Assembly (NCBI RefSeq): GCF_009914755.1
Contig: NC_060929.1
From: the human T2T-CHM13v2.0 reference genome, Homo sapiens
Reading direction: 5' to 3' (one strand)
Length of the DNA stretch: 64,000 nt
Program-made: the position numbers and the translations under genes
The notes under the pieces: generated by a model
What the model saw: only the letters and a program-made list of their open reading frames with translations
The model's database searches: none
What the model was told of the DNA's origin: nothing
In this document: piece by piece, positions 63,880 through 64,000 of the stretch
Layout: every line of letters starts with the position of its first letter
How positions within the stretch are numbered: the stretch's first letter is position 1

Positions 63880-64000
63880 TGATATGGCTTGGCTGTGTCC
63901 TCACCTAAATCTCATCTTGAATTGTAGTTCCCATAATTCCCATGTGTCATGGGAGGGACCCAGTGGTATGTAATTGAATCATGGGAGCAGTTACCCTCAT
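63880..64000 (+). mobile_element. THE1 LTR 5' part (runs off the window)
   Basis: tgatatggcttggctgtgtcctcacctaaatctcatcttgaattgtagttccc. Confidence 0.9.

Overview
Primate (most likely human) genomic DNA, intergenic or intronic in character. About half is recognisable interspersed repeat: ~15 Alus or Alu fragments, L1 (L1PA/L1M), L2, MIR, MaLR and ERV LTRs (THE1, MST/MLT1, MLT2, LTR16, LTR33, LTR1-like, an ERV1 solo LTR) and DNA transposons (Tigger3, MER53, MER1A, MADE1/2). Repeat family names come from recalled consensus sequences, not from a RepeatMasker run. I recognise no protein-coding gene, and the supplied ORFs are repeat-derived or chance ORFs. The main non-repeat landmark is a CpG-island-like region at ~48.5-49.5 kb carrying CTCF, GC-box, CCAAT and G4 motifs. 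Several CpG-rich, splice-site-bounded segments on the minus strand (donor at 49417, 20907-20818, 618-517) may be exons of a transcript starting there. The best-supported structural oddities are a 5.1 kb L1 with twin-priming inversion architecture, a 100-bp ~92%-identical local duplication, an inverted-duplication hairpin inside a MaLR LTR and a 26-bp minisatellite. I found no convincing evidence of a new biological system.
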